64,000 bases of DNA from an uncultured Verrucomicrobiota bacterium (GCA_903873415.1 CAIQOK010000019.1:8144-72143); one strand, 5' to 3'; counted from the stretch's first letter, positions 42,539 through 53,320 are shown. Numbers and translations are program-made. Notes: a model not told the origin generated them from the sequence alone.

Positions 42539-43324
42539 TTATGGCAAAGGAAGGGAGATCCTTTCTATTTTCAAAGCTTTGCCGGTGAGAGCATCTATTT
42601 CAATAAGAGCGCCGTGAAGCAAGACACGGTTTTGGGCGACCTCAAAGCGCTGCGGCATGCCCGTCAGAAAACGTTTCAACACCGGATCCAACTCGCGCCC
42701 CAAAACCCCGTCATGCGGACCGGTGAACCCGGCATCGGTCAGATAGGCCGTGCCGCCGGGGAAAATCTGCTCGTCAGCCGTCTGGACATGGGTGTGGGTG
42801 CCGACCACCGCGCTGACCTGTCCATCGAGCATCCGCGCAAAGGCGATTTTTTCAGAGGTGGCCTCCGCGTGGAAATCGACAAACAGAATGGGGGTTTGTT
42901 CGCGCAGACGGCTTACTTCAGGGGGAGCAAGAAGGAACGGGTTTTCGAGTGGAGGCATGAAAGTGCGGCCCTGAAAATTCAAAACCGCTATCCGGGTCTT
43001 CGAGCCGGGGATCTCAAACACACCGCTGCCGCGCCCCGGAACCGCCGGGGGATAGTTCAACGGGCGCAGAAGACGGCTTTCCCCGGAAATCCATTCCACC
43101 ACCTCCTTCTGATCCCAGAGGTGATCTCCGGTGGTGATCACGTCCACCCCGGTTGCGAACAATTCGGCGGCGATTCGGGGCGTGATGCCGCTGCCGCCGG
43201 CGGAATTTTCCCCGTTGGCGATGACAAAATCAATAGCCCTCTCCGCCCGCAGGACCGGGACCAAGGCGGCCACAATCCGGCGTCCTGGCTGCCCCACAAT
43301 ATCCCCGATGAAAAGCAGTTTCAT
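42539..43324 (-). CDS. ymdB: YmdB-family metallophosphoesterase (2',3'-cyclic nucleotide phosphodiesterase)
   Basis: FIGDIVG, NGENSAGG, GDH, DFHAEATSEK, GTHTHVQTAD. Confidence 0.93.
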   Translation of the reverse strand: MKLLFIGDIVGQPGRRIVAALVPVLRAERAIDFVIANGENSAGGSGITPRIAAELFATGVDVITTGDHLWDQKEVVEWISGESRLLRPLNYPPAVPGRGSGVFEIPGSKTRIAVLNFQGRTFMPPLENPFLLAPPEVSRLREQTPILFVDFHAEATSEKIAFARMLDGQVSAVVGTHTHVQTADEQIFPGGTAYLTDAGFTGPHDGVLGRELDPVLKRFLTGMPQRFEVAQNRVLLHGALIEIDALTGKALKIERISLPLP

Positions 43325-43500
43325 CCCTTCAAAGTAGAGTTCAAACAGACCAAAGACACGCATGAAAAACACGGAACGGGAGCCGGTCTAGGATTAAGCC
43401 CCCCGAAAAACCGGTCGGTGAAGGTTCCCGGGCTGAGCGACATTTGAGAATGCCGCCATTTTAAAATTGCATTTTAATCGGCGCTCGCTTGTTATGGCAC

Positions 43501-44574
43501 ATGATCAATACTCGGCTGTCACGCTTGCTGTCGATAAGTTTTCTGGCTCTGTGTCTTGGCGGCCTTTCGGTTCGAGCCCATACCCCCGCGCAGGAAATGT
43601 CCGATGCGGCGCAGAATTTCCTGGCCGGACTGGCACCCGGACAAAAAGACAAAGCGACCTTTGAAATGAAGGATCCTGAACGGGAAGGCTGGAATTTCGT
43701 GCCTCTGGCGCGCAAAGGACTGCCCATGAAGGAGCTTTCTCCCGCCCAGCGTTTGCTCGCCCATGCTCTCCTTGCCAGCGCCCTGAGCCAGCGGGGGTAT
43801 ATACAAGCCACCACCATCATGAGTCTCGAGGACATCCTACGGGAACTGGAACAAGGCCGCGGCCCGGTGCGCGACCCTGAACTCTATTACGTCTCGATTT
43901 TCGGACGACCCGCAGCGCAGCAAACTTGGGCTTGGCGCGTTGAAGGCCACCATCTTTCCCTGAACTTTGTCATCGTTGACGGAAAAGAGATCACGGTAAC
44001 ACCTTCTTTTTTCGGAACCAATCCAGGACAGGTGCGAGGAGGAGCGCGGACCGGCCTGAGGGTAATCTCCACGGAGGAGGATCTGGGGTTTGAACTGGTG
44101 CGCTCACTCAATGCCAGACAGCGGGAGTCGGCAATTTATTCCAACACCGCCCCGCGGGAGGTCATCACCGGCAACCTGAGGCAGGTTGAGGCTCTCCCGC
44201 CCAAAGGACTTAGTGCCGGAGATATGACATCCGCGCAGGTCAAGCTCGTCAGGCAAATCCTCCAAGAATACACGCGCCGTTACCGCCCGGAACTGGCCGA
44301 GGGCGACCTGGAGCGAATGGAAGAGTCGGGAATCAAAAAGCTCTTTTTCACCTGGGCCGGGGCTCTTGAACCGGGACAGGGGCATTATTACCGCGTGCAA
44401 GGTCCAACCTTTCTGTTGGAATTCGATAACACCCAGAATGACGCCAATCATATCCACACGGTCTGGCGCGATCTGGGCCGGGACTTTGGCCGGGACCTGC
44501 TGCGGCTGCACTATCAACAGGTGCCCCACCCGGAATCCGGCGGCGGTGCCGGAGCGGTAAACAGCGGAAAATAG
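43501..44574 (+). CDS. DUF3500 family exported protein
   Basis: Signal peptide; WRVEGHHLSLN, TPSFFG, YYRVQGPTFLLEFDNTQNDANHIHTVWRD. Confidence 0.88.
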   Translation: MINTRLSRLLSISFLALCLGGLSVRAHTPAQEMSDAAQNFLAGLAPGQKDKATFEMKDPEREGWNFVPLARKGLPMKELSPAQRLLAHALLASALSQRGYIQATTIMSLEDILRELEQGRGPVRDPELYYVSIFGRPAAQQTWAWRVEGHHLSLNFVIVDGKEITVTPSFFGTNPGQVRGGARTGLRVISTEEDLGFELVRSLNARQRESAIYSNTAPREVITGNLRQVEALPPKGLSAGDMTSAQVKLVRQILQEYTRRYRPELAEGDLERMEESGIKKLFFTWAGALEPGQGHYYRVQGPTFLLEFDNTQNDANHIHTVWRDLGRDFGRDLLRLHYQQVPHPESGGGAGAVNSGK

Positions 44575-44624
44575 ACCGCTTAAAAAAGCTTTCACCCCAA
44601 TCCACCCGCCCCTAACTTTCAATC

Positions 44625-45761
44625 GTGAATCTGTCTCCCGGCACCACCGTGGCACTTGAAATTGAAGACATCGCCTTTGGCGGCGAAGGCGTTGCGCGTC
44701 TGGATGATTTTGTGGTGTTCGTGCCTTTTGTGGCGGTCGGGGAAACGGTGGAGGCCGAATTGGTGGAGGTGAAGAAGAGTTTTGCCCGGGCCCGATTGAC
44801 TCGCGTGCTCAAGCCCGCGGCCCAGCGGGTGCGGCCGGAATGCCGTTTTTTTGGCGCCTGCGGAGGCTGCCAATACCAACATCTGGATTACGGCTCGCAG
44901 TTGCGGATAAAACACAAGCAGGTGGCCGACCTCTTCCACCGCATGGGCGGTTTTGACCAGTCGCTGGTCGCCCCGGTCGTCCCCTGCCCCCAACCCTATG
45001 GCTACCGGAACCGAATCATGATCCGCAGCCAGTGGAACAAGCCTGAACAAAAGCTGAACATCGGTTTTGTGCGGCACGACGGAGGGCTTGTGGAGGACCT
45101 GGACGAGTGTAAAATCGCCGAACCTGCCCTCAACGGGCAGATCCTTCATGTCAGGGCCAACCCGCCGCCCAAGGGCGGAATCAAGGTGGTTCTGCGCGTG
45201 CCGCCTGAGGGTTGGCAAGTGCCGCCACATTCCTTTTTTCAAAACAACTTCTTTCTGCTCCCCAAACTCATCGAGACGGTGCGCCAATGCCTGGTAAACG
45301 GCGGCACACGGCACCTGCTGGATTTATACTGCGGGGTGGGTTTCTTTGGCATCGAACTGGCCGGTGCCGTGGATTCCTTTGCGGGTGTGGAATATGACAA
45401 GCCGGCGATCCGGGCGGCGCAGCAGAATGCGGCGGACCGGGGGATCACTAACGGCGAATTTCTGGCAGCCAAGGTTGAGGACGTCCTCCCCACCCTGCTT
45501 AAACGCTTTTCCTCAGAACAAACCACCGTTTTAATCGACCCCCCGCGCAAGGGGTGTTGGCCTGAGATTCTGGAGCTTTTACGCAGCAACCGGCCCGCGC
45601 AACTCATTTATGTCTCCTGCCATCCCGCCACCATGGCAAGAGATCTGAAAATTCTCTGCGCCGACGGTGTTTACCAACTGGCCGGAGTCACCCCTTTGGA
45701 CATGTTCCCGCAGACCCAGCATGTGGAATGCGTGGCCGATTTGCGGCGCGGTCCAAATTGA
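44625..45761 (+). CDS. RlmD/TrmA-family RNA m5U methyltransferase (TRAM + Fe-S motif, shortened central domain)
   Basis: TRAM domain; CRFFGACGGC; SFFQNN; DLYCGVG; DPPRKG; YVSCHP; DMFPQTQHVE. Confidence 0.9.
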   Translation: MNLSPGTTVALEIEDIAFGGEGVARLDDFVVFVPFVAVGETVEAELVEVKKSFARARLTRVLKPAAQRVRPECRFFGACGGCQYQHLDYGSQLRIKHKQVADLFHRMGGFDQSLVAPVVPCPQPYGYRNRIMIRSQWNKPEQKLNIGFVRHDGGLVEDLDECKIAEPALNGQILHVRANPPPKGGIKVVLRVPPEGWQVPPHSFFQNNFFLLPKLIETVRQCLVNGGTRHLLDLYCGVGFFGIELAGAVDSFAGVEYDKPAIRAAQQNAADRGITNGEFLAAKVEDVLPTLLKRFSSEQTTVLIDPPRKGCWPEILELLRSNRPAQLIYVSCHPATMARDLKILCADGVYQLAGVTPLDMFPQTQHVECVADLRRGPN

Positions 45762-45798
45762 GTCCGATCACACCCAGCCGCACCAGCCCCAGCCCATC

Positions 45799-48705
45799 AT
45801 GCAAACCACACTCGAACGCCAAAGAAAATTCCCCTCCGACATTCTTCCATGGCTGCTGATGGCCGCCACTCTGGCCTTGTACTTGGGCACCCTGAACCCA
45901 TGGATTTCGCTTAACAATTTATTCCAGGTCGCCAAGGGAACCGGCTGGCTGGACGGCATGCAATCAGGGGTCACCGCCTACAGACCGGTCTATGCGCTGC
46001 TGACCTGGCCCCTGCACGTGGTGCCGGCCCGCTGGATGCCGCTTGCACTAAACCTTATCTCCGTAGTTTGCACTATCACCAGCGTAGGATTGCTGGCGCG
46101 CAGTGTAGCCTTGCTTCCCCATGACCGGACTCATGAGCAACGGCAACGCCAAAAAGGCTCCGGTGCCATCCTTTCGATCTCCGCAGCCTGGCTTCCCGTG
46201 GTGTTGGCCGTGTTTGCCTTTTCAATGCAGTTGAGCACATGGGAAAACGCCACCACGGGTGCCAGTGAAACCGTCGACCTGCTCCTGCTGGCCGGGGTCG
46301 TGGCCTGTTTGCTGGAGTTCCGGATCCGCGAGCGCGACTCCTGGCTGGCTGGGGCGGCGGCCATCTACGGCATAGCCATGACCAACAACTGGCTGATGAT
46401 TCTCCTGCTGCCCGTGTTCATCACTTCACTCATTTGGCTGAAGCGGGCTGATTTCTTCGCGCCCAGATTCCTTTTGCCAGTAGCCCTGTGGGGGATGGCA
46501 GGGCTGGTTTGCTTCTATCTCTTGCTGCCGCTGGCCCACACCCTCTCTGGCGAGGCCGGACCGACATTCTTGCAGGTTTTGAAGATGAATCTGGGATCGC
46601 AAAAAACCGTGCTGCAAAGTTTTGTTCAGCGGGTGCCTGGCAACATCCTCATGCTGCTGGCCATCACCTCACTCCTGCCCCTACTGCTGGTCAGCATCAA
46701 ATGGGCCTCCCACTTTGGCGACCCGAGCCGGCTGGGCACTTTACTGACTACGGCGATCCTGCATTTTGGGCATGCCGCCTTTTTTGCCACCTGCCTCTGG
46801 GAGGCATTCGACCCCGCCTTCAGCCCCCGGCACATAGGTTTTCCAAACCCAGCCCTGACGTATCTTGGGGCTTTGTGCATCGGCTATTTTGCAGGCTATT
46901 TCCTGCTCGTTTTCCAACCCCGAAAACTGGAATGGAATGAGCAGGATCCGCCTTGGCAAAGGCACTTGCACCGGCTTTCCCTGGGGCTGGTCTGGGGGGC
47001 GCTGTTCCTGATTCCGGCCGGGCTGGCCTGCAAAAACCTCCCTCAAATCCACATGACGAACGGGCCCGCACTGAAAAACTACGCCGCCTCATTAAGCGAC
47101 TGCCTGCCCCCCAGCGCTGCGGTTCTGAGCGACGACCCACGCAAACTGGTGCTGCTTGAGGCATGGAGCGAAAGGACGGGCCAAACAAAAAAACGGCTGT
47201 TTCTCGACACCCAATCCCTCCCCGAGCCCGGCTATCATCGCACTCTCCAAACCCGCCACCGGGGGACATTCCCGGTTTTAACCAAGGCAGGCCAGACTGA
47301 AGCGTTGACGGATGTGGCTCTGCTCAATCTGGCTGTTGCAATCTCCGAGAAGCTACCGCTTTATTATTTGCATCCCAGCTTCGGCTATTACTTCGAGGCA
47401 TTCTACGCCAACCCGGCCGGTTTTGCGTTCAAATTGGAACGCTATCCCACCAATTCCCTGACCGGCGCGCCTCTTTCCGGTACCGCTTTGGCAGAGCAGC
47501 AAAAATTCTGGGCTGAGCGTACCACGACCCTCAAAGGGCTGCTGCCTTTTATCAGTCCCCCGGCAGTCGGGGTTCAGCCGGGTTTGCGAGAGCAGCTTCT
47601 CAAGCGCCTGCATATTCCCTTCGAACCCAACGCCACAGCAGCAATGCTGGGAAACCTCTACTCCCAAACCCTCAACAACTGGGGCGGTTGCCTGCAAATG
47701 GCCGGGAAATTCACCGAGGCCGGGAGCTGCTTCGATCTCGCGCTGCTGCTCTATCCCGACAACGCCGCGGCCCGTATCAATCTCAAGTTCAACGAATCCC
47801 TTCTTTCAGGTCGGACGCCGGTCCTCGAGTCGGCCCGTGCGATTGAAGATGAGCTGGGCAAATACCGGAACCTGCAGGATGCACTGCGCGACAGCGGTTC
47901 CTTCTATGACCCCACCCACTGCTTCGGACTAGGCCTCATTTATGCCCAAACCGGCCTCTATCGTCAATCCGCCCAGCTGTTGGAGCGGGTGCGGCTGCTG
48001 ATACCTGATAACGCAGCCGCCCGGTTCTGGCTGGCCCGGCTTGAACTTCTGGCACGGGCGCCCGAGCGCGCCTTGAAACTGATTTCCGAGATCAAACCCC
48101 ATGGCGCGGCGTTGGAAAGCGCCGGGCTGGGTAAGCTTGATCTTCTACAACTCGAAACCATGGCTCTCTTCTCAGCCAACCGCCCCTCCCAAGCTGAATC
48201 GTTGCTGCTCAAAGCTATCCAAGACGCACCCAACGACACCAACGTGCTTGCCTTGGTGGTAAAGATGTCCACCGGCTTCAGGCAATACACCAACGCCTTG
48301 CGGGCCGTCCAGCGCCAACTCGCCCTCAATCCCAACGACACCGAGGCTCTGGTCAACTCTGGATTCATCCACATTCAGGCCGGTCAATTTGCCGAGGCAG
48401 TCGCCCCCCTGACACGGGCTCTGACTCTGGACACCAACAATCACACCGCCCAGCTCAACCGCGCGATTGCCTATCTGAGTTCCGGCCAACTCGAACCTGC
48501 CCGGAGCGACTACGCCGCCTTGAAAAAACTCTATCCCAAAGCGTATCAGGTCGATTATGGGCTGGCCGACGTGGCTTGGCGGAAGCAGGACACCAACACC
48601 GCCATCCGTTATTACGAGTCCTATCTGGCCAACGCCCCCACCAATTCAGAGGAATTCCTCACGATCAGCAACCGTCTGGCCCAGCTTAAACCCCGCTCGC
48701 CTTAG
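45799..48705 (+). CDS. Polytopic membrane protein (DUF2723/TMEM260-like GT-C) with C-terminal TPR repeats
   Basis: About 11 hydrophobic helices in the first ~410 aa (WENAT, GIAMTNN, FYLLLPL), a soluble domain, then multiple TPRs (ALLLYPDNAAARINL, LALNPNDTEALVNSG). Confidence 0.7.
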   Translation: MQTTLERQRKFPSDILPWLLMAATLALYLGTLNPWISLNNLFQVAKGTGWLDGMQSGVTAYRPVYALLTWPLHVVPARWMPLALNLISVVCTITSVGLLARSVALLPHDRTHEQRQRQKGSGAILSISAAWLPVVLAVFAFSMQLSTWENATTGASETVDLLLLAGVVACLLEFRIRERDSWLAGAAAIYGIAMTNNWLMILLLPVFITSLIWLKRADFFAPRFLLPVALWGMAGLVCFYLLLPLAHTLSGEAGPTFLQVLKMNLGSQKTVLQSFVQRVPGNILMLLAITSLLPLLLVSIKWASHFGDPSRLGTLLTTAILHFGHAAFFATCLWEAFDPAFSPRHIGFPNPALTYLGALCIGYFAGYFLLVFQPRKLEWNEQDPPWQRHLHRLSLGLVWGALFLIPAGLACKNLPQIHMTNGPALKNYAASLSDCLPPSAAVLSDDPRKLVLLEAWSERTGQTKKRLFLDTQSLPEPGYHRTLQTRHRGTFPVLTKAGQTEALTDVALLNLAVAISEKLPLYYLHPSFGYYFEAFYANPAGFAFKLERYPTNSLTGAPLSGTALAEQQKFWAERTTTLKGLLPFISPPAVGVQPGLREQLLKRLHIPFEPNATAAMLGNLYSQTLNNWGGCLQMAGKFTEAGSCFDLALLLYPDNAAARINLKFNESLLSGRTPVLESARAIEDELGKYRNLQDALRDSGSFYDPTHCFGLGLIYAQTGLYRQSAQLLERVRLLIPDNAAARFWLARLELLARAPERALKLISEIKPHGAALESAGLGKLDLLQLETMALFSANRPSQAESLLLKAIQDAPNDTNVLALVVKMSTGFRQYTNALRAVQRQLALNPNDTEALVNSGFIHIQAGQFAEAVAPLTRALTLDTNNHTAQLNRAIAYLSSGQLEPARSDYAALKKLYPKAYQVDYGLADVAWRKQDTNTAIRYYESYLANAPTNSEEFLTISNRLAQLKPRSP

Positions 48706-48713
48706 ACCGCCCC

Positions 48714-49874
48714 ATGCGCGTCTCCCATGTCATCACCCGGTTGACTGTCGGGGGTGCCCAGGAAAACACCGTCGCCTCTGTCTTGGGACTGCAAGCCCAG
48801 GCAGGAATGCAAGTGGACCTCATCACAGGCCCGTCCACAGGGTCGGAAGGCTCTCTGGAACACGCTTTTCTCGGGTGCCCGGAACGTCTCACCCTGGTGC
48901 CGCAACTGGTGCGCCCGATCCATCTATTCGCGGATTGGCTTGCTTTGGGGGCACTCACGAAAATCTTCCGGCGGACCCGGCCTGACTTGGTTCACACCCA
49001 CAGCGGCAAAGCAGGAGTGCTCGGGCGGCTGGCTGCCCACCGCGCCGGAGTGCCGGTCATCGTCCATACCATTCACGGCCCGTCTTTCGGCGCTTTCCAG
49101 GGCTCTCTCTCAAACGCTATCCTCCGCGCCGCCGAGCGCCGCGCTGGAGCGGTCACGACACATTTTGTCTCCGTCGCAAATGCCATGACCCGCCAGTATC
49201 TGGCTGCGGGCATTGGGCGGATGGATCAATACACCACCATCCGCAGCGGGTTCGATCTTGCCCCCTTTGCCGCCGCGCGCAACGACCCCGGGGTGCGCGC
49301 CCGCTGGGGCATTGCGCCGGAGGACATCGTCATCACCAAACTCGCGCGGCTGGTGCCCCTCAAAGGCCACACAGACCTCTGGACGGTGGCACCCTTGATT
49401 GTGGCCAAAAACCCCAGGATTCGGTTCCTTCTCATCGGTGACGGGAAACTGGGGACGGAATTCCAGTACGAGGCCCGGCGCCGGGGCCTGGCGCGTCATT
49501 TTATTTTCACCGGCTTGATTCCACCCGATGAGGTGCCATCACTTCTTGGCATTACCGACCTCTTGGTTCATCTCTCTTCGCGCGAAGGTCTGGCCCGCGC
49601 GTTGCCGCAAGCCCTTGCCGCCGGCCGGCCGGTGGTGGCTTATGACTGCGACGGGGCGGCAGAGGTGTGCCTTGAAAACAAAACCGGATTCCTGCTGAGG
49701 GCCGGGGATTTAGCCGCGCTAAGCGCACGGCTGCTGCAACTGGCCGGAGATCCGGCCCTGCGGGCGCGATTGGGCGGTTACGGCCAAAGTCTGGTCAGCC
49801 GACAATTCGCACTTCCCGACATGGTGGATGCGCTGCGCCGTCTTTATCTTCAGCTGGGCCATCGGACCGCCTGA
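48714..49874 (+). CDS. GT4 family glycosyltransferase
   Basis: GGAQENT, HTHSGKAG, HTIHG, KGH, SSREGLARALPQALAAG. Confidence 0.92.
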   Translation: MRVSHVITRLTVGGAQENTVASVLGLQAQAGMQVDLITGPSTGSEGSLEHAFLGCPERLTLVPQLVRPIHLFADWLALGALTKIFRRTRPDLVHTHSGKAGVLGRLAAHRAGVPVIVHTIHGPSFGAFQGSLSNAILRAAERRAGAVTTHFVSVANAMTRQYLAAGIGRMDQYTTIRSGFDLAPFAAARNDPGVRARWGIAPEDIVITKLARLVPLKGHTDLWTVAPLIVAKNPRIRFLLIGDGKLGTEFQYEARRRGLARHFIFTGLIPPDEVPSLLGITDLLVHLSSREGLARALPQALAAGRPVVAYDCDGAAEVCLENKTGFLLRAGDLAALSARLLQLAGDPALRARLGGYGQSLVSRQFALPDMVDALRRLYLQLGHRTA

Positions 49875-49877
49875 GCC

Positions 49878-50846
49878 ATGAAGTTCCCCTTTGATCTCTG
49901 CCTCCTTGCATTCGCAGGCGCATTTGTCGGCTCCCTGATATCACTGCCCTTATGGCGCCGCTGGTGCCTGCGAACCGGGCATGTGGACGATCCAGGCCAC
50001 CGTAAAATCCAGACCGCTCCCGTGCCGCTTGCAGGGGGACTTGCCGTGCTTACGGGTCTGCTCCTGCCGCTGGCAGGCGGCTCGGCACTGCTATTTTCCC
50101 GTGCCGGTTCGGGGCTGCAGCCCCTCCAATACGGCCTGGAACATCGGGGGGGGCAGATGCTCGCTCTAGCGGTCGGGGCGGCGGCTATTTTCACCCTCGG
50201 CTGGCTGGACGATCATCGCGAGTTGAAACCGCTGCCCAAGTTTCTCGGACAACTCCTGGTCGCCCTGCTGGTCGCCAGCGCCAGCAACCGCGCCACGCTC
50301 TTTGTCCCCAGCCTCCTTTTCAGCTACATCATCACCATTTTGTGGATTCTAACCCTGATCAACGCCTTTAATTTCATGGATAACATGAACGGCTTGTGCA
50401 CCGGTCTGGGGGCGATCGCGGCACTGCAGTTCGCTGTCTTTTCTGGCCTGCACGGGCAATATCTCATCACCTTGGTGGCACTGGTTACGGCAGGAGCCCT
50501 GCTGGGATTTCTGCCGCACAATTTTCCGGGGGCCCGGGCCTTTTTGGGTGACGCCGGCAGCCACCTCGTAGGCTATCTCATGGCGGTGCTCGCCCTGTTG
50601 CCCCATTTTTACACGCGCCAAAACCCCAGACCGTGGGCGGTCTTCAGCCCGCTGGCAATTCTGGCGGTGCCTCTGGCCGATCTGGTCTGGGTGGCGCTCT
50701 GGCGATGGCGCAACGGCAAACCGTTTTACCTCGGAGACACCAACCACCTCTCCCACCGGCTCGTGCGACTGGGACTCTCCCGCAGCCGGGCGGTGCTGGT
50801 CATCTGGTTGATCGCTGCCGCCTTGGGCTCATTGGCTTTTTTTTGA
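49878..50846 (+). CDS. MraY/WecA-family polyprenyl-phosphate sugar-1-phosphate transferase
   Basis: DDPGHRK, GWLDD, NAFNFMDNMNGL, FLGDAGS, HLSHRL. Confidence 0.9.
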   Translation: MKFPFDLCLLAFAGAFVGSLISLPLWRRWCLRTGHVDDPGHRKIQTAPVPLAGGLAVLTGLLLPLAGGSALLFSRAGSGLQPLQYGLEHRGGQMLALAVGAAAIFTLGWLDDHRELKPLPKFLGQLLVALLVASASNRATLFVPSLLFSYIITILWILTLINAFNFMDNMNGLCTGLGAIAALQFAVFSGLHGQYLITLVALVTAGALLGFLPHNFPGARAFLGDAGSHLVGYLMAVLALLPHFYTRQNPRPWAVFSPLAILAVPLADLVWVALWRWRNGKPFYLGDTNHLSHRLVRLGLSRSRAVLVIWLIAAALGSLAFF

Positions 50847-50862
50847 CCCGCCCCGGCATCCT

Positions 50863-52683
50863 TCAGAGTCCCGTCGGTTTGCTGGCCGCGATTGCCTCGG
50901 AAAACAAGTTCAACACCTGCGCCCGGGACAATGCGCCCACCAACGTTTTTTCAACACTTGAGCTGACCACCGGAATGTTGCGCAACTCACTGCCCAGCAC
51001 CACCGGCAGCGTGTCCAAAAGACGTTGCCGGGGCGTCACAAAGTCCCGTGCCGGGCGCATAACATCGGAGGCGATGACCGCGATAAGTTCGCCGCCCGAG
51101 TTGAGATGCTCCTTTAAATCCTGAAGTGCCACCAGGCCGGTCAACTGCCGTTGCGCATTGACCACCGGCAGAAAATTATAGGGCACGGTCAAAAACCGCT
51201 CGGCCAGTTCCTTGAACGAATCGGTCTCCAGCACCGGATCCACCGGCGGCCCCATCAGGTCGCCAACCGTGCGCGCCGTGGCAGTGCCCGGCCGGGTTGT
51301 TTCCTGCATGGCCTCCAGCCCCTTGTGCCGCAGCGGCCCGGTATAGATCGATTCGGAATGGATCCGGCGCGCGACAAGCACCGAAACCACGCAGACAAGC
51401 ATCAGAGGCGGCATGATCGAATAATCCATGGAAATTTCAAAGATCATGATCATCGCCAGCAAGGGGGATCTGGTGGTGGCCGAGAGCAGCCCGCCCATTC
51501 CGACCACGGCAAACGCCGTGACAGGCAAGCCCGCAGCCCAGCCTGCTTGGTGCAACACAAGCCCGAAACCGGCACCCAAACCTGCGCCCAGGAAGAGCGT
51601 CGGAGTAAATACTCCTCCAACCGCCCCCGAGCCCACGGTGGCCAACGTGGCCACAAGCTTGGCCATCCACAATCCGGCCAGAAATATCAAGGGCGAAAGG
51701 CCAGGCACTTCCCTCCCTTGGAGAATCCGGTTGGTCACCAGATAGCCGTTACCCCAGACCCCCGGATACCAAAGCGCCAAAACACCCACGATCAATCCGC
51801 CCAAAGTGAGTCGAACATAAACCGGCGTCTTCATCCCGATGAACGCCTGATCGCTGAATCGCAGCAGCTTCAGGAAAACCGCGCCCACCCCGCCGCAGAC
51901 GGCACCCAAGAGCAGAAACCAGGGCAGCTGCCCGACACTGCTGAATTCAAAGGGGACTGGTGCATACCATGATTTGATCCCGGAAAAACTGCGGGTGGTC
52001 AGTGTCGCAATAACAGAGGAAAACACCAGCGGACCAAAGTGGTTCATGGAAAAATTACCCAGCACGATCAGCGCCGCAAAAACCGCCCCGGCCACCGGCG
52101 CATTATAGGCGGCGGCTATACCTGAGGCCGCACCGCATCCGACCAGCAGCCGCAACCGATAGGGCGGCCAGTTCGCCAGCTGGCCCGTCTTCGATGCCAG
52201 AGTGGCGGACATTTGGACAATGCCACCCTCGCGCCCAAGGGACCCGCCCGTCCCCAGACTGACCAGGGAGGAAATAAATTTAATCAGGCTGCTGCGCAGG
52301 GGTAACTTGCCATCCCCCGCAACCACCACCTCCAGCAGGTTGGTGGACCCCTGCGGCCCGACCAAACGGAGACCCCAGTAAAGAACCAACCCTGCAACCA
52401 ATCCCCCCAGGGCCGGCAGTAGCAGCCGCCCCGAGCGGCCCATCATTTCGGCAACCTCCACCGGATCTCCCGCGCGGTGAAGGAACAGTCTTTCCACCCA
52501 ATCCAGCGCGCGGTAGTGCAGGAGGTTGACCAAGCCACCCAAAACCCCCACCCCGCCTGCAAGCAAAAGGTGAAAAGCCTCCTCACTGAAACTAAGATGC
52601 TCTCGAACCCGAAGCAGCCGGAACCAATGCAGCCGCACCAAGCGGCCGGCCCTGTGAAAGGATGGACGCATCCCTGAATACAT
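50863..52683 (-). CDS. CLC-family anion transporter/channel with CBS pair
   Basis: GGSLGREG, AAYNAP, GGVFTP, FEISMDY, CBS domains; TAGAGT -10 box 6 nt before the ATG. Confidence 0.92.
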   Translation of the reverse strand: MYSGMRPSFHRAGRLVRLHWFRLLRVREHLSFSEEAFHLLLAGGVGVLGGLVNLLHYRALDWVERLFLHRAGDPVEVAEMMGRSGRLLLPALGGLVAGLVLYWGLRLVGPQGSTNLLEVVVAGDGKLPLRSSLIKFISSLVSLGTGGSLGREGGIVQMSATLASKTGQLANWPPYRLRLLVGCGAASGIAAAYNAPVAGAVFAALIVLGNFSMNHFGPLVFSSVIATLTTRSFSGIKSWYAPVPFEFSSVGQLPWFLLLGAVCGGVGAVFLKLLRFSDQAFIGMKTPVYVRLTLGGLIVGVLALWYPGVWGNGYLVTNRILQGREVPGLSPLIFLAGLWMAKLVATLATVGSGAVGGVFTPTLFLGAGLGAGFGLVLHQAGWAAGLPVTAFAVVGMGGLLSATTRSPLLAMIMIFEISMDYSIMPPLMLVCVVSVLVARRIHSESIYTGPLRHKGLEAMQETTRPGTATARTVGDLMGPPVDPVLETDSFKELAERFLTVPYNFLPVVNAQRQLTGLVALQDLKEHLNSGGELIAVIASDVMRPARDFVTPRQRLLDTLPVVLGSELRNIPVVSSSVEKTLVGALSRAQVLNLFSEAIAASKPTGL

Positions 52684-53320
52684 ACCGGCACTCTACCCTA
52701 GCGCGCCAGATTTGACGAACGCCCCCCGGCAAAAACAACTAAGAACCAATGGAATCAACCCGGAGTTTTGGCGCTTCTGCCCTCAATGAAGAACGCTTTC
52801 AAGCCATGCCCCCACCACTACCCCGCCACAGAATATCGCTGCAACCGCTAATCGTTTCGTCGGCACCGATCCATCATGCTCCGGGGGTCGGGATTGTTTG
52901 TTTGGCTGTTGAACGGGTCTATAAAAGGGCCGCGCATGCTTCATCTCTTACTTGGCGCGGCGAATGCCGTCCCCCTGTATGACCAAGCACCACAAGGACA
53001 GAGCCTATGACTTGGGTGTGCCGATCGGCGTGTTGACCGCAGAACTGCGGCACAGCAACTGGGCCAAGGACCGTATGCAGCGCGGCATAAAACCGCCGAA
53101 AAACAGGATTCAACCCATGTGGCGGAGCCACTGTCATTGGCTGAAATTCGGTAGGAAACCCCGCATTTCTGGCGTAAAAATCAAATAAAGGGTTGGTATG
53201 ACGTGAGAAAAACAGAGATTCTTTAACAAAACAGCATTATTCGCTTGGCGAACGCACGAAAAACCGCTTTGATTGGCTTGTCAGCACGTCCTTTAAACAA
53301 AAAACCAAACTGTAATCATT

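Noticed and set aside
52749-53188. Short ORFs between the CLC and HU genes
   Set aside because: No recognisable domain or convincing start signals; treated as intergenic or unidentifiable relic
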